Assembly (NCBI GenBank): GCA_946625575.1
Contig: CAMOTD010000001.1
Span: 67,279 to 131,278 of the forward strand
Origin: an uncultured Clostridia bacterium
GTDB taxonomy: Bacteria > Bacillota > Clostridia > Christensenellales > CAG-138
Direction: 5' to 3'
DNA length: 64,000 bases
Within the stretch, counting starts at the first letter, position 1. Each line of letters starts with the position of its first letter. A program made the translations under genes and the position numbers. Below the pieces are notes generated by a model. The model had not been told where the DNA came from. It did no database searches and saw only the letters and a program-made list of their open reading frames with translations. Shown piece after piece: positions 9,792 to 17,497 of this stretch.

Positions 9792-10742
9792 TCAGGTTTT
9801 GATGAAGCGAATGCTCGGCGTGGTCATCTTGATGACCTTCACGCGCTGCGGGGTAAGAAGACGGGATGAAACCCTGTCGCCGTATTCCTCGTTAAGGCTC
9901 TCAAAGGACTTATTCGTTGCAAATAGAGTTGCAAGTCCCCTGTCCTGCCGCTCGCAGATGATCGAGAGCAGCGTTTCGATCGTAATATTGCTTATCATGG
10001 GTTCTGTACCGAGATCGTCGAGTATCAAAAGATCGGGGACGGTCATGTCGGGGAACCTTTCATGCTCGTTAATGCAGCTGAGTGCGACGGAAATGAGCTT
10101 GTTCGCGGTGAGCCGCAGAACGGAATAACCGTTTTTGAGCACCCTTTCGCCGATCGAATTGAGCAGGAACGTCTTGCCGACGCCCGGGGCTCCGAGAAGA
10201 AGGATATCGCCGAGTTCGTTATTGGGAAAATCGTTCGCATATTTAAGACAGTATGCGCTGATATTGTCATAAGCCCGGCGCTCCCGCGGATCGTCGATCA
10301 GATCGTGACGAAGCGTTTCAAAAGTCTGCCCGGGATTAAGCCCGGAATCGTTGAAACGTGAGTTTATCAACACGTTTTTCACGCATGAACATAGCTGACC
10401 GTCACAGACGCCGGTATCACGGCAGGCTTTGCAGACGGGAACAAGCTCGAGATAATCCGCAGGAAGCCCTGTGTCGAGAAGCATTTTTTCAAGCTCCTTG
10501 TTCTTTGCGCCGATAACGCTTCCTGCAAGCGCCTCTAATGCTTCCGCATCGTTTGGCGACTGAATGAGCTTATCAGAGAAATCAAGTGTAAGCTCCGCGA
10601 TCTCGTTACGAAGCGCATTTATTGAGGGATAATTCCTTCGTACGTCATCCTTGTGTGCTGCAAGCGTCCTTTCGGAAAAGCTCCTGCGCCTTGAAAGCTC
10701 GTCTTCGACAGCTTTATTGAATTTCATTCCTTTATTGTTCAT
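9792..10742 (-). CDS. DnaC/DnaI/IstB-like AAA+ ATPase (probable helicase loader)
   Basis: CKACRDTG..CSC Zn motif, GAPGVGKT, LLILDDLGTE, ATN, RVSSRL; paired with a DnaD-domain gene. Confidence 0.85.
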   Translation of the reverse strand: MNNKGMKFNKAVEDELSRRRSFSERTLAAHKDDVRRNYPSINALRNEIAELTLDFSDKLIQSPNDAEALEALAGSVIGAKNKELEKMLLDTGLPADYLELVPVCKACRDTGVCDGQLCSCVKNVLINSRFNDSGLNPGQTFETLRHDLIDDPRERRAYDNISAYCLKYANDFPNNELGDILLLGAPGVGKTFLLNSIGERVLKNGYSVLRLTANKLISVALSCINEHERFPDMTVPDLLILDDLGTEPMISNITIETLLSIICERQDRGLATLFATNKSFESLNEEYGDRVSSRLLTPQRVKVIKMTTPSIRFIKT

Positions 10743-11940
10743 CGTAGAATTCCTCGCCCAGACTTATACCAAGCTCTTTAAGCTCGTCTTCGGAATACTT
10801 TTTCCCGTGCATGTAATTAAGAGAACGCGTTTTTTTGTCCTTGTTCTTTGCATAACCGCCGTACTTTTCGAAGCTTTCGCGTGCGGCGGAAACGGACGAT
10901 ATCCCCTCTGAGAGCCATGATTCGATCAGATCCTTCATAAACGCAAAGGGTCTGTACTGACCTTTTGCGTAATCGGCGGCAAGATAAATGAGCTCTGCGC
11001 TCATTCCGCGATCGAAATGCCACTCCTCGAAATGGAGCTTATGCTCCTTGGTGGGCGCGCTTTTTATCCCGGCGCGGGCAAGCGCGCTGCGCGAAAGCTC
11101 GATAACGGCGGCTTCGCGCTTGTCGGCCTCTCTGACGGCGTTTTCATCAACGGAACCCTTCTTGTAAAGCGCCTCGAGAATAACATCCAGGTACTTGAAA
11201 TTGGGTCTTGAAGCCGCCGTCATCCGCGGCAGAGCAAGATCGATCGTTTCGTCGCTGAAACCCCATTCACGGGTCCATTTTTCATAAAGCGCGATCTCAT
11301 CCTCCGTGGGGGTTCCGGTCCTGTTCCAACGCTTATAGATCCTTCCCGCGCCGTTTGAGATACGGTCTTCCTCCCTGAAGCACGATTCGACTGCGTCAAG
11401 CGTGAAAGCGCCTTTTTCGGCGAGCGATCTTGCGGTCTTATCCATGTACGATACGGATACCCGCGCGCCTTTTTTGTCGAGACAGCGAGCGACTATCCTG
11501 ACTGCCGCGTCCTGCTCGAAACCGAATACCTCTACCCAATCGTAGATCCGGGCAAGCTCCGCCCCGGTCAATATCCTTGTCCCGAGAGCACCCTGAAGTT
11601 TTTCGACGAGCTGTCCGTATTTGGCTCCCACGGTATTAAGCGAAGCGCCGGACATGGCCTCTTTTACGTTGAAAAACCTTATCATTGGCTTTTCAGCACG
11701 AATTATCTCGACGAGCCCGAGCTTTTCCCAATACGAAAAGGCGCCAATAAGCTCTTCCTCAGTGCAGCCGAGCACGTCGGCAATATCGTCCTCAAGACCG
11801 TTCGAAACCTTCATCAGCCCGTAAAGATAAGCCTTCAGCGCAAGCTCCGGCGCTGCGGGCAGGAATTCGGAAATAAAAATATTCTCAACGGGCGTAACGC
11901 CCATCAGTTCTTTGTCTTTAAGAAATACAACATCGCTCAT
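10732..11940 (-). CDS. DnaD/DnaB_2 domain replication initiation protein
   Basis: TPVENIFISEFLPAAP N-terminus; repeated DnaD-like motifs (SYMDKTARSL, FKYLDVILEAL, AFMKDLIESW). Confidence 0.8.
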   Translation of the reverse strand: MSDVVFLKDKELMGVTPVENIFISEFLPAAPELALKAYLYGLMKVSNGLEDDIADVLGCTEEELIGAFSYWEKLGLVEIIRAEKPMIRFFNVKEAMSGASLNTVGAKYGQLVEKLQGALGTRILTGAELARIYDWVEVFGFEQDAAVRIVARCLDKKGARVSVSYMDKTARSLAEKGAFTLDAVESCFREEDRISNGAGRIYKRWNRTGTPTEDEIALYEKWTREWGFSDETIDLALPRMTAASRPNFKYLDVILEALYKKGSVDENAVREADKREAAVIELSRSALARAGIKSAPTKEHKLHFEEWHFDRGMSAELIYLAADYAKGQYRPFAFMKDLIESWLSEGISSVSAARESFEKYGGYAKNKDKKTRSLNYMHGKKYSEDELKELGISLGEEFYDEQ

Positions 11941-11967
11941 GCTTTCGTCCTCTTTTCTCTTTATAAT

Positions 11968-11997
11968 ATTTTACCATAATTACCGGCCTGCCGTCAA
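11968..11997 (-). promoter_or_regulatory. sigmaA promoter for the dnaD/dnaC-like pair
   Basis: Minus strand TTGACG, 18 nt spacer, TGgTAAAAT. Confidence 0.55.
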
Positions 11998-12036
11998 ATA
12001 CGGAATACGAAATGTGATAAACGAGCTAAAATATAT

Positions 12037-12065
12037 TTGAAATGTTCGTTCTTTTCATGTATAAT
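12037..12065 (+). promoter_or_regulatory. sigmaA promoter for the CNNM/CorC pair
   Basis: TTGAAA, 17 nt spacer, TATAAT. Confidence 0.7.
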
Positions 12066-12100
12066 ACGAGTAGTTTTTTTGAGAGGAGTTGGTCTCATCA

Positions 12101-13246
12101 ATGGATGATGGCAGTATATGGCGATGTATTGCATCTGTTATGCCATCTATTTCTCCCGCCGCGGGTGAAGCCCTCGGCAAGATCGGCGAAAAAGCCGATT
12201 ATCGGGTAATAATCATATATGCTTGTTTTCTGGTGCTTTTCCTTGCGATAAGCTCCTATTTTGCGTCTTCGGAGATAGCCCTCGCTTCCGTCAACAAGGT
12301 GCGAATGAAAGCATATGCAGAGGACGGAAATAAGCGCGCGAAGTACGTAATGTACATTCTCAACAATTTCGAGAAGGCATTGACCACTCTGCTTATCGGA
12401 AACAACGTCATGCATATCGGCTGTTCCGCATTGACGGTCCTTATTACCAGGCAGTTATTCATCGGTACAAAATACCTGGGCATTGCGCTGACTTTATCTA
12501 CCGTGCTGATCACACTGATAGTTTTCCTTTTCAGCGAAATGCTTCCCAAATCCTATGCCAAAGCCTGCAACGAAAGATATGCTTTAAGCATAGGTCATTC
12601 GCTTTACGTTCTTATGAAGGCGCTGACTCCCCTGTCCGCAGTTTTCACCTGGATCGGCAAGCTTATCGGCAAGCTGTTTATCAGGAACAACAGCGAGCCT
12701 TCCGTTACGGAAAACGAGCTTGTCGATATCATTGAGACGTTCAAGGACGAACGTGAAGAGGACGACGAGCAGGAAGACGCCACTGCCGAGCTCATGGTAA
12801 ACGTGCTCCAGTACAAGAACAGGACGGTTTCCGAATGCTATACACCGTGGGATAAAGTCGAAAAGCTCAATGAATCCAGCCCCGTTGAAGAGCAGTATGA
12901 ACAGCTCAGAAAGACCAGCCATTCAAGGCTTCCCGTCGTTAACAGCAAGGGCAACATAATCGGCGTCGTTTTGATCCGTTCCTTCTTCCGCGAGTATCTT
13001 AAATCCCGCGATGAGCTTGATCTTGTGGATCTTTTGGATACCCCCTACTTCGTTCGTCCTGATATGCCCGTTGACGAGCTGCTCCTCGACCTTTCGAAGA
13101 GCAGGACGCATCTTGCCATCGTCAGCGAAAGAAGTGACATACTCGGCGTTATTACAGTAGAAGACATTCTCGAGGAGCTCGTCGGTGAGATCTTCGACGA
13201 ATATGATACAGAGGCAGTTCCCTCCGGAAAGGAGGTCAACGCATGA
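12101..13246 (+). CDS. HlyC/CorC (CNNM/DUF21 + CBS pair) metal transporter lacking the C-terminal CorC domain
   Basis: YFASSEIAL, TLLIGNN, FSEMLPKS, HSRLPV, GVITVEDILEELVGEIFDEYD; ends about 11 aa later. Start uncertain (12089 TTG, 12101 or 12140). Confidence 0.9.
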   Translation: MDDGSIWRCIASVMPSISPAAGEALGKIGEKADYRVIIIYACFLVLFLAISSYFASSEIALASVNKVRMKAYAEDGNKRAKYVMYILNNFEKALTTLLIGNNVMHIGCSALTVLITRQLFIGTKYLGIALTLSTVLITLIVFLFSEMLPKSYAKACNERYALSIGHSLYVLMKALTPLSAVFTWIGKLIGKLFIRNNSEPSVTENELVDIIETFKDEREEDDEQEDATAELMVNVLQYKNRTVSECYTPWDKVEKLNESSPVEEQYEQLRKTSHSRLPVVNSKGNIIGVVLIRSFFREYLKSRDELDLVDLLDTPYFVRPDMPVDELLLDLSKSRTHLAIVSERSDILGVITVEDILEELVGEIFDEYDTEAVPSGKEVNA

Positions 13247-14559
13247 CCTGGTTGTATTACGTTGTTCCTCTCTTTATTCTGATCTGCTTCTCCGCCGTAT
13301 TCTCGGGCTCGGAAATCGCTTATTCTTCTGCGAACGATAAACGGTTGAAGCACCTTGCGGAAGACGAAAACGACAGAAGGGCAAGGATCGCGCTCCAGAA
13401 TTATAACAGGTATGACAACCTTTTAAGCACCATCCTGATCGGCAATAATTTTGTCAATCTTGCTTCTTCGACTCTCTCCACTTCCTTGTTCATTCTTCTT
13501 CTCGGAGCGGTAATGAGCGAGGATGCGCTTGCCGCGATTTCCACCGCGGTATTAACAGTCGTCGTGCTTATCTTCGGCGAGATCGTTCCCAAGATGGTCG
13601 CCAACGCCAATCCCGACTATTACGCGATGAAGCACGCTTCTTTCCTGCGTGTGCTCGGCGTTATCCTCTTCCCCCTTGTCTGGGTCGTTTCTAAAATAGT
13701 CAAGCTTTTCTCCAAAGCCTGGTCGGATAAGGTGACGGATAATTCTAACGTTACGGAGGATGAGCTGTCCGATATCATCGATACCGTTGAAGAGGAAGGC
13801 GTTATCGACGAGCATACGAGCGATCTTCTTCAGTCCGCGCTCGAGTTCCCCGATATCTATGCCTACGAGATAATCACGCCCCGCGTCGATATGGTCGCGA
13901 TAGATATCGACGACGATCCGAAGGAGATCATCGATACGATCCTGTCGTCCAATTATTCAAGGCTTCCCGTTTACGAGGATACGATCGACAATATCATCGG
14001 CGTTATCCATTTGAACGAGATATTAAGAGCTATTGCCGACGACGAGCCCCTTGATTTGAGAGAGCATATGCTTCCCGTCTGTTATATCCATAAGACGACC
14101 ATACTTCCCCAGGCGCTTCGAGAGCTGCGTGAGAAGAAACTCCACCTTGCGATCGTTACCGACGAATACGGCGGAACGATGGGCATCCTTACGATGGAGG
14201 ATATCCTTGAACAGATCGTCGGCGACATATGGGACGAGACCGACGAGATCGAGGATGAGCTCGTCAAGATAAGCGACGACACCTATGAGTGCGACGGCGA
14301 TATGCGTATCCACGACCTCTTTGACGAGCTTGAGATAGACGACGAGGATTTCGACGACGACAACGCCACCGTAGGCGGTTGGGCGATCGAACAGCTCGGC
14401 GGATATCCCGCAAAGGGCGAATCCTTCGATTTCGAGAATCTGACCGTTACCGTCAAGCAGATACAGAACCTACGCGTTACAAGGCTGCTTATAAAGGTCA
14501 ACGAAAAAGCGCCCGAAGAGGACGAAGACGATATCGAATGGGAGAAAAAGCCCGAATAA
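13243..14559 (+). CDS. HlyC/CorC (CNNM/DUF21 + CBS pair + CorC_HlyC) metal transporter
   Basis: FSGSEIAY, ILIGNNFVN, FGEIVPK, TPRVDM, YSRLPVY, DEYGGTMG, plus C-terminal TVGGW domain; ATGA overlap with the upstream paralog. Confidence 0.93.
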   Translation: MTWLYYVVPLFILICFSAVFSGSEIAYSSANDKRLKHLAEDENDRRARIALQNYNRYDNLLSTILIGNNFVNLASSTLSTSLFILLLGAVMSEDALAAISTAVLTVVVLIFGEIVPKMVANANPDYYAMKHASFLRVLGVILFPLVWVVSKIVKLFSKAWSDKVTDNSNVTEDELSDIIDTVEEEGVIDEHTSDLLQSALEFPDIYAYEIITPRVDMVAIDIDDDPKEIIDTILSSNYSRLPVYEDTIDNIIGVIHLNEILRAIADDEPLDLREHMLPVCYIHKTTILPQALRELREKKLHLAIVTDEYGGTMGILTMEDILEQIVGDIWDETDEIEDELVKISDDTYECDGDMRIHDLFDELEIDDEDFDDDNATVGGWAIEQLGGYPAKGESFDFENLTVTVKQIQNLRVTRLLIKVNEKAPEEDEDDIEWEKKPE

Positions 14560-14569
14560 CGATCTGATT

Positions 14570-14598
14570 AAAAAAGGCGATCAGGGATCGCCTTTTTT
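14570..14598. terminator. Intrinsic terminator (A and T flanked)
   Basis: AAAAAAGGCGATC-agg-GATCGCCTTTTTT. Confidence 0.85.
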
Positions 14599-14625
14599 GA
14601 TAAATAAATATATTGATAATATCTA

Positions 14626-14654
14626 TTGACTTTATGGAATTAAACTGCCAAAAT
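14626..14654 (+). promoter_or_regulatory. Putative glnA promoter with GGAA-N6-TGCC in the spacer
   Basis: TTGACT, 17 nt spacer, (TG)cCAAAAT. Confidence 0.45.
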
Positions 14655-14701
14655 GGATATTGTAAAGGGACTCGATCCCAAATAGACTATGGAGGCTTTT
14701 T

Positions 14702-16126
14702 ATGTTCAAAACAATCGAGCAGGCAAAGGAATTTATAGTTGATAACAATATCGAGATGGTCGACTTCAAGATGACCGATATCGACGGCCGCTGGAGGCAT
14801 ATCACAATCCCGGCGGAGCGTTTCAATGAGGACACCATGAAGTACGGCATCGGCTTCGACGGTTCCAACTACGGTTACGCTCCCGTTGAAAACAGCGACA
14901 TGGTTTTCATTCCCGATCTTTCCACCTCCGCTATCGACCCGTTTGCCGAGGTCGCTACCCTGACGATGAGCGGCGACGCCATGATCATCGATCGTCCGGC
15001 TAACCGTCCCTTCGATCAGTACCCCAGGAACGTCATCCGCGCAGCTGTCAATTATATGCGCGAGTCCGGCATAGCCGATGAAATGATCATCGGACCGGAG
15101 TTTGAATTCCACGTATTCGATCAGATCCAGTTCGAGTCCCGCCCCAACTGCGTCAGGTGCGAGATCGATACCGATGAGGCCGATTGGAACACCGGTCTCG
15201 GCACGAACGGCACCCAGATCCCCCATAAGGGCGGCTATCATATCGGCGCTCCGCAGGACAAGTATTATAATCTCCGCAGCCGTATGTGCATGCTGATGGA
15301 GGATTGGGGCGTTAAGGTCAAATACCATCATCACGAAGTCGGCGGTCCCGGTCAGCTTGAGATCGAGGTCGAGCTTGCCGACGTCGAAAAGATGGCCGAT
15401 AATACCATGGTAACGAAGTACGTTATCAAGAACGCCGCCGTTGAGGAGGGCTGCACCGCGACCTTCATGCCCAAGCCCATCTATGGCGAGGCCGGAAACG
15501 GTATGCACGTCCACATGCTTCTTACCAAGGACGGTAAGCCCCTGTTCTACGATGAGAAGGGTTATGCGCAGCTTTCGAAGCTTGCTCATAATTTCATGGG
15601 CGGTCTCCTCAAGCATGCCAAATCCCTCTGCGCCATAACCAATCCCTCCACCAATTCCTTCAAGAGGCTCGTTCCCGGCTTTGAGGCGCCCGTTACGATC
15701 GGTTACGCGACCGCAAACCGCTCCGCTGTCATCAGGATACCCGCTTATGCGAAGAGCCCCATGGCAAAGCGCTTTGAGCTCCGTAATCCCGACGGTACCT
15801 GCAACCCCTATTACGCTTACGCCGCGATCCTCATGGCAGGTCTCGACGGCGTTATGAATGAGATCGATCCCTCCGCCTGCGGCTGGGGACCCTATGATTT
15901 CAACCTCTTCGATCTGCCCGATGAAGAGAAGGCGAAGATCGATGCGCTTCCCACCACGCTCGAAGAGGCGCTCACCGCGCTTGAGAACGATCACGAGTAT
16001 CTTACCCGCGGCGGCGTATTCCCCGAGAGGCTGATCAAGATCTGGATCGACCGCAAGCGCAAGGAAGCCAGGAAGATCGAGAACTATCCCCATCCTGCCG
16101 AGTTTGAGAGATACTTCGATCTGTAA
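14702..16126 (+). CDS. glnA: Glutamine synthetase type I
   Basis: FDGS, GPEFEF, HHHEV, ATFMPKP, GNGMHVH, NRSAVIRIP, RFELRNPD, NPY. Confidence 0.97.
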   Translation: MFKTIEQAKEFIVDNNIEMVDFKMTDIDGRWRHITIPAERFNEDTMKYGIGFDGSNYGYAPVENSDMVFIPDLSTSAIDPFAEVATLTMSGDAMIIDRPANRPFDQYPRNVIRAAVNYMRESGIADEMIIGPEFEFHVFDQIQFESRPNCVRCEIDTDEADWNTGLGTNGTQIPHKGGYHIGAPQDKYYNLRSRMCMLMEDWGVKVKYHHHEVGGPGQLEIEVELADVEKMADNTMVTKYVIKNAAVEEGCTATFMPKPIYGEAGNGMHVHMLLTKDGKPLFYDEKGYAQLSKLAHNFMGGLLKHAKSLCAITNPSTNSFKRLVPGFEAPVTIGYATANRSAVIRIPAYAKSPMAKRFELRNPDGTCNPYYAYAAILMAGLDGVMNEIDPSACGWGPYDFNLFDLPDEEKAKIDALPTTLEEALTALENDHEYLTRGGVFPERLIKIWIDRKRKEARKIENYPHPAEFERYFDL

Positions 16127-16139
16127 TTCCCAAAAAGCT

Positions 16140-16174
16140 TATCCGCCGCCCTATAAGAGCGGCGGATATTTTTA
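16140..16174 (+). terminator. Terminator after glnA, abutting the convergent recombinase-like gene
   Basis: TATCCGCCGC...GCGGCGGATA followed by a T run. Confidence 0.8.
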
Positions 16175-17497
16175 TTCTGATAAGCAATTGTCAACGAATA
16201 CGGTTTTCCTTTTTCTGTCGGTCGGATCCCTTAATACTATCCTTATCCTTCCGTTAACAACAGATACAGATGAAATGAAAGCGTGGGCTATGAACCCTTT
16301 TTCCTCAAATGATAGGCGGCTCATCTCCCTTGCCCTTTTGAAGAACGCCAATACTTGATCCTTTGTAATAGAATAAAGCACGACTTCCGATCTTATTCGT
16401 CTTAGCCGCATTGCACAGAATACGCGAATATCGTTATTCTTTTCAAGCCTGTTCTGCACGTTTTCGCTTCGTTCGCCGTTCTTTATAAGCGAAATATCCC
16501 CGAAAACCTCTTCGTTGTATTTGCCGAGGACCTCCTCAGCCTTCGGAAGAGCTGCCGACGCCCTGCTTCGTTCCGTAAGCACGTGATTAAGATAAAAAGC
16601 CTGTGCGTTGGCTTCGGAAGCAAGCTCCGCAATTATTGCTTCGACCGCTTTTTCAAATGAAACGGTATCAAGGAAAAAGCCGCCGGAAGACCTGTTGATT
16701 TTCCTGAGCGCTTTTGCCTGCTTTTCTCCTCGGAAGCATACGACGGGTACGGAAGAATACGAAACGCCTATGAATGGATCGTTTCCCGATACGGTCACGT
16801 ACTCCGCCTCGAGCCTTTCTTTTACGGCAAGCCATTCGTCATATCTGATTATCGGCGGAAGATGATACCCCTTCTTTGACATTCTGCCGAGATATCTTTC
16901 ATTCTTCAGTATGGTTTTGACGGTCATATTTCCGAAAGAACCGCCGAAGCCGTATTTATCGCGAACGGCGTGATAAATGTCTTTAAGCTGTTCCCCTCTC
17001 GCGTATCGGACGAATACTTCTTTGACCGCCTCTGCCTCGTTCTTATCGACAGCCGCTTCTCCGTTAACTATCTTATACCCTATGGGAGGCGTTCGCTTAA
17101 AATCCCGGAACGTATTTTTGAGCGGCAAAGCTGTGCCGTAGGCTGAATCCCAATCCGTTATGCAGCTGAAATAACGGGAAATATTTAGCGCGATCTCATG
17201 CCTGTTGTCAAGGTTCCCCTTTGAAATGAATACAGGCTTAACGCCGTTGCGTAAAAGAAACAATCGGTTTTCGATCGAAAGATACCTGTCGTCTGCGAGC
17301 GAATTACAGGATGGCAATAATACAATATCGCAAAGTCCGAGCTTTACGGCGTTCTGCAGCTTTCTGAAAGAGCCGAATTCTCCGGGCAGATCGAACAGAA
17401 CGTCGTCGAGCTCAAACCCGCGATTTTTAGCAAATTCATATAATAAGGCTTGTTGTCCGTCGTCCGGCGTGCCCCTGTAATAGCCCAGACAGTTCAT
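16172..17497 (-). CDS. Large serine recombinase homolog, apparently catalytically degenerate
   Basis: Resolvase-like N-terminus (GYYRGT, Q..LYEFAKNRGF..VLFD, CDIVLL, LLRNGV); recombinase domain (PPIGYK..DKNEAEAVKEVF..Y..G, TVKTILKNERYLG, PPII..DEW..V); coiled coil; terminal LSFEEKGFIAHAFISSVSV motif. Confidence 0.75.
   Translation of the reverse strand: MNCLGYYRGTPDDGQQALLYEFAKNRGFELDDVLFDLPGEFGSFRKLQNAVKLGLCDIVLLPSCNSLADDRYLSIENRLFLLRNGVKPVFISKGNLDNRHEIALNISRYFSCITDWDSAYGTALPLKNTFRDFKRTPPIGYKIVNGEAAVDKNEAEAVKEVFVRYARGEQLKDIYHAVRDKYGFGGSFGNMTVKTILKNERYLGRMSKKGYHLPPIIRYDEWLAVKERLEAEYVTVSGNDPFIGVSYSSVPVVCFRGEKQAKALRKINRSSGGFFLDTVSFEKAVEAIIAELASEANAQAFYLNHVLTERSRASAALPKAEEVLGKYNEEVFGDISLIKNGERSENVQNRLEKNNDIRVFCAMRLRRIRSEVVLYSITKDQVLAFFKRAREMSRLSFEEKGFIAHAFISSVSVVNGRIRIVLRDPTDRKRKTVFVDNCLSE

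Noticed and set aside
9792-10742. IstB-like ATPase as an IS21 or prophage marker
   Set aside because: No IstA transposase, terminal repeats or phage genes; the DnaD-domain + Zn-finger ATPase pair matches the chromosomal clostridial loader arrangement.
12040-12051. LexA-like box (GAAC-N4-ATTT on the minus strand) in the CNNM promoter
   Set aside because: Mismatched half-site, short motif and no SOS-type target gene; likely chance.
14687-16093. 468-aa ORF antisense to glnA
   Set aside because: In-register shadow ORF explained by codon bias; no family motifs.
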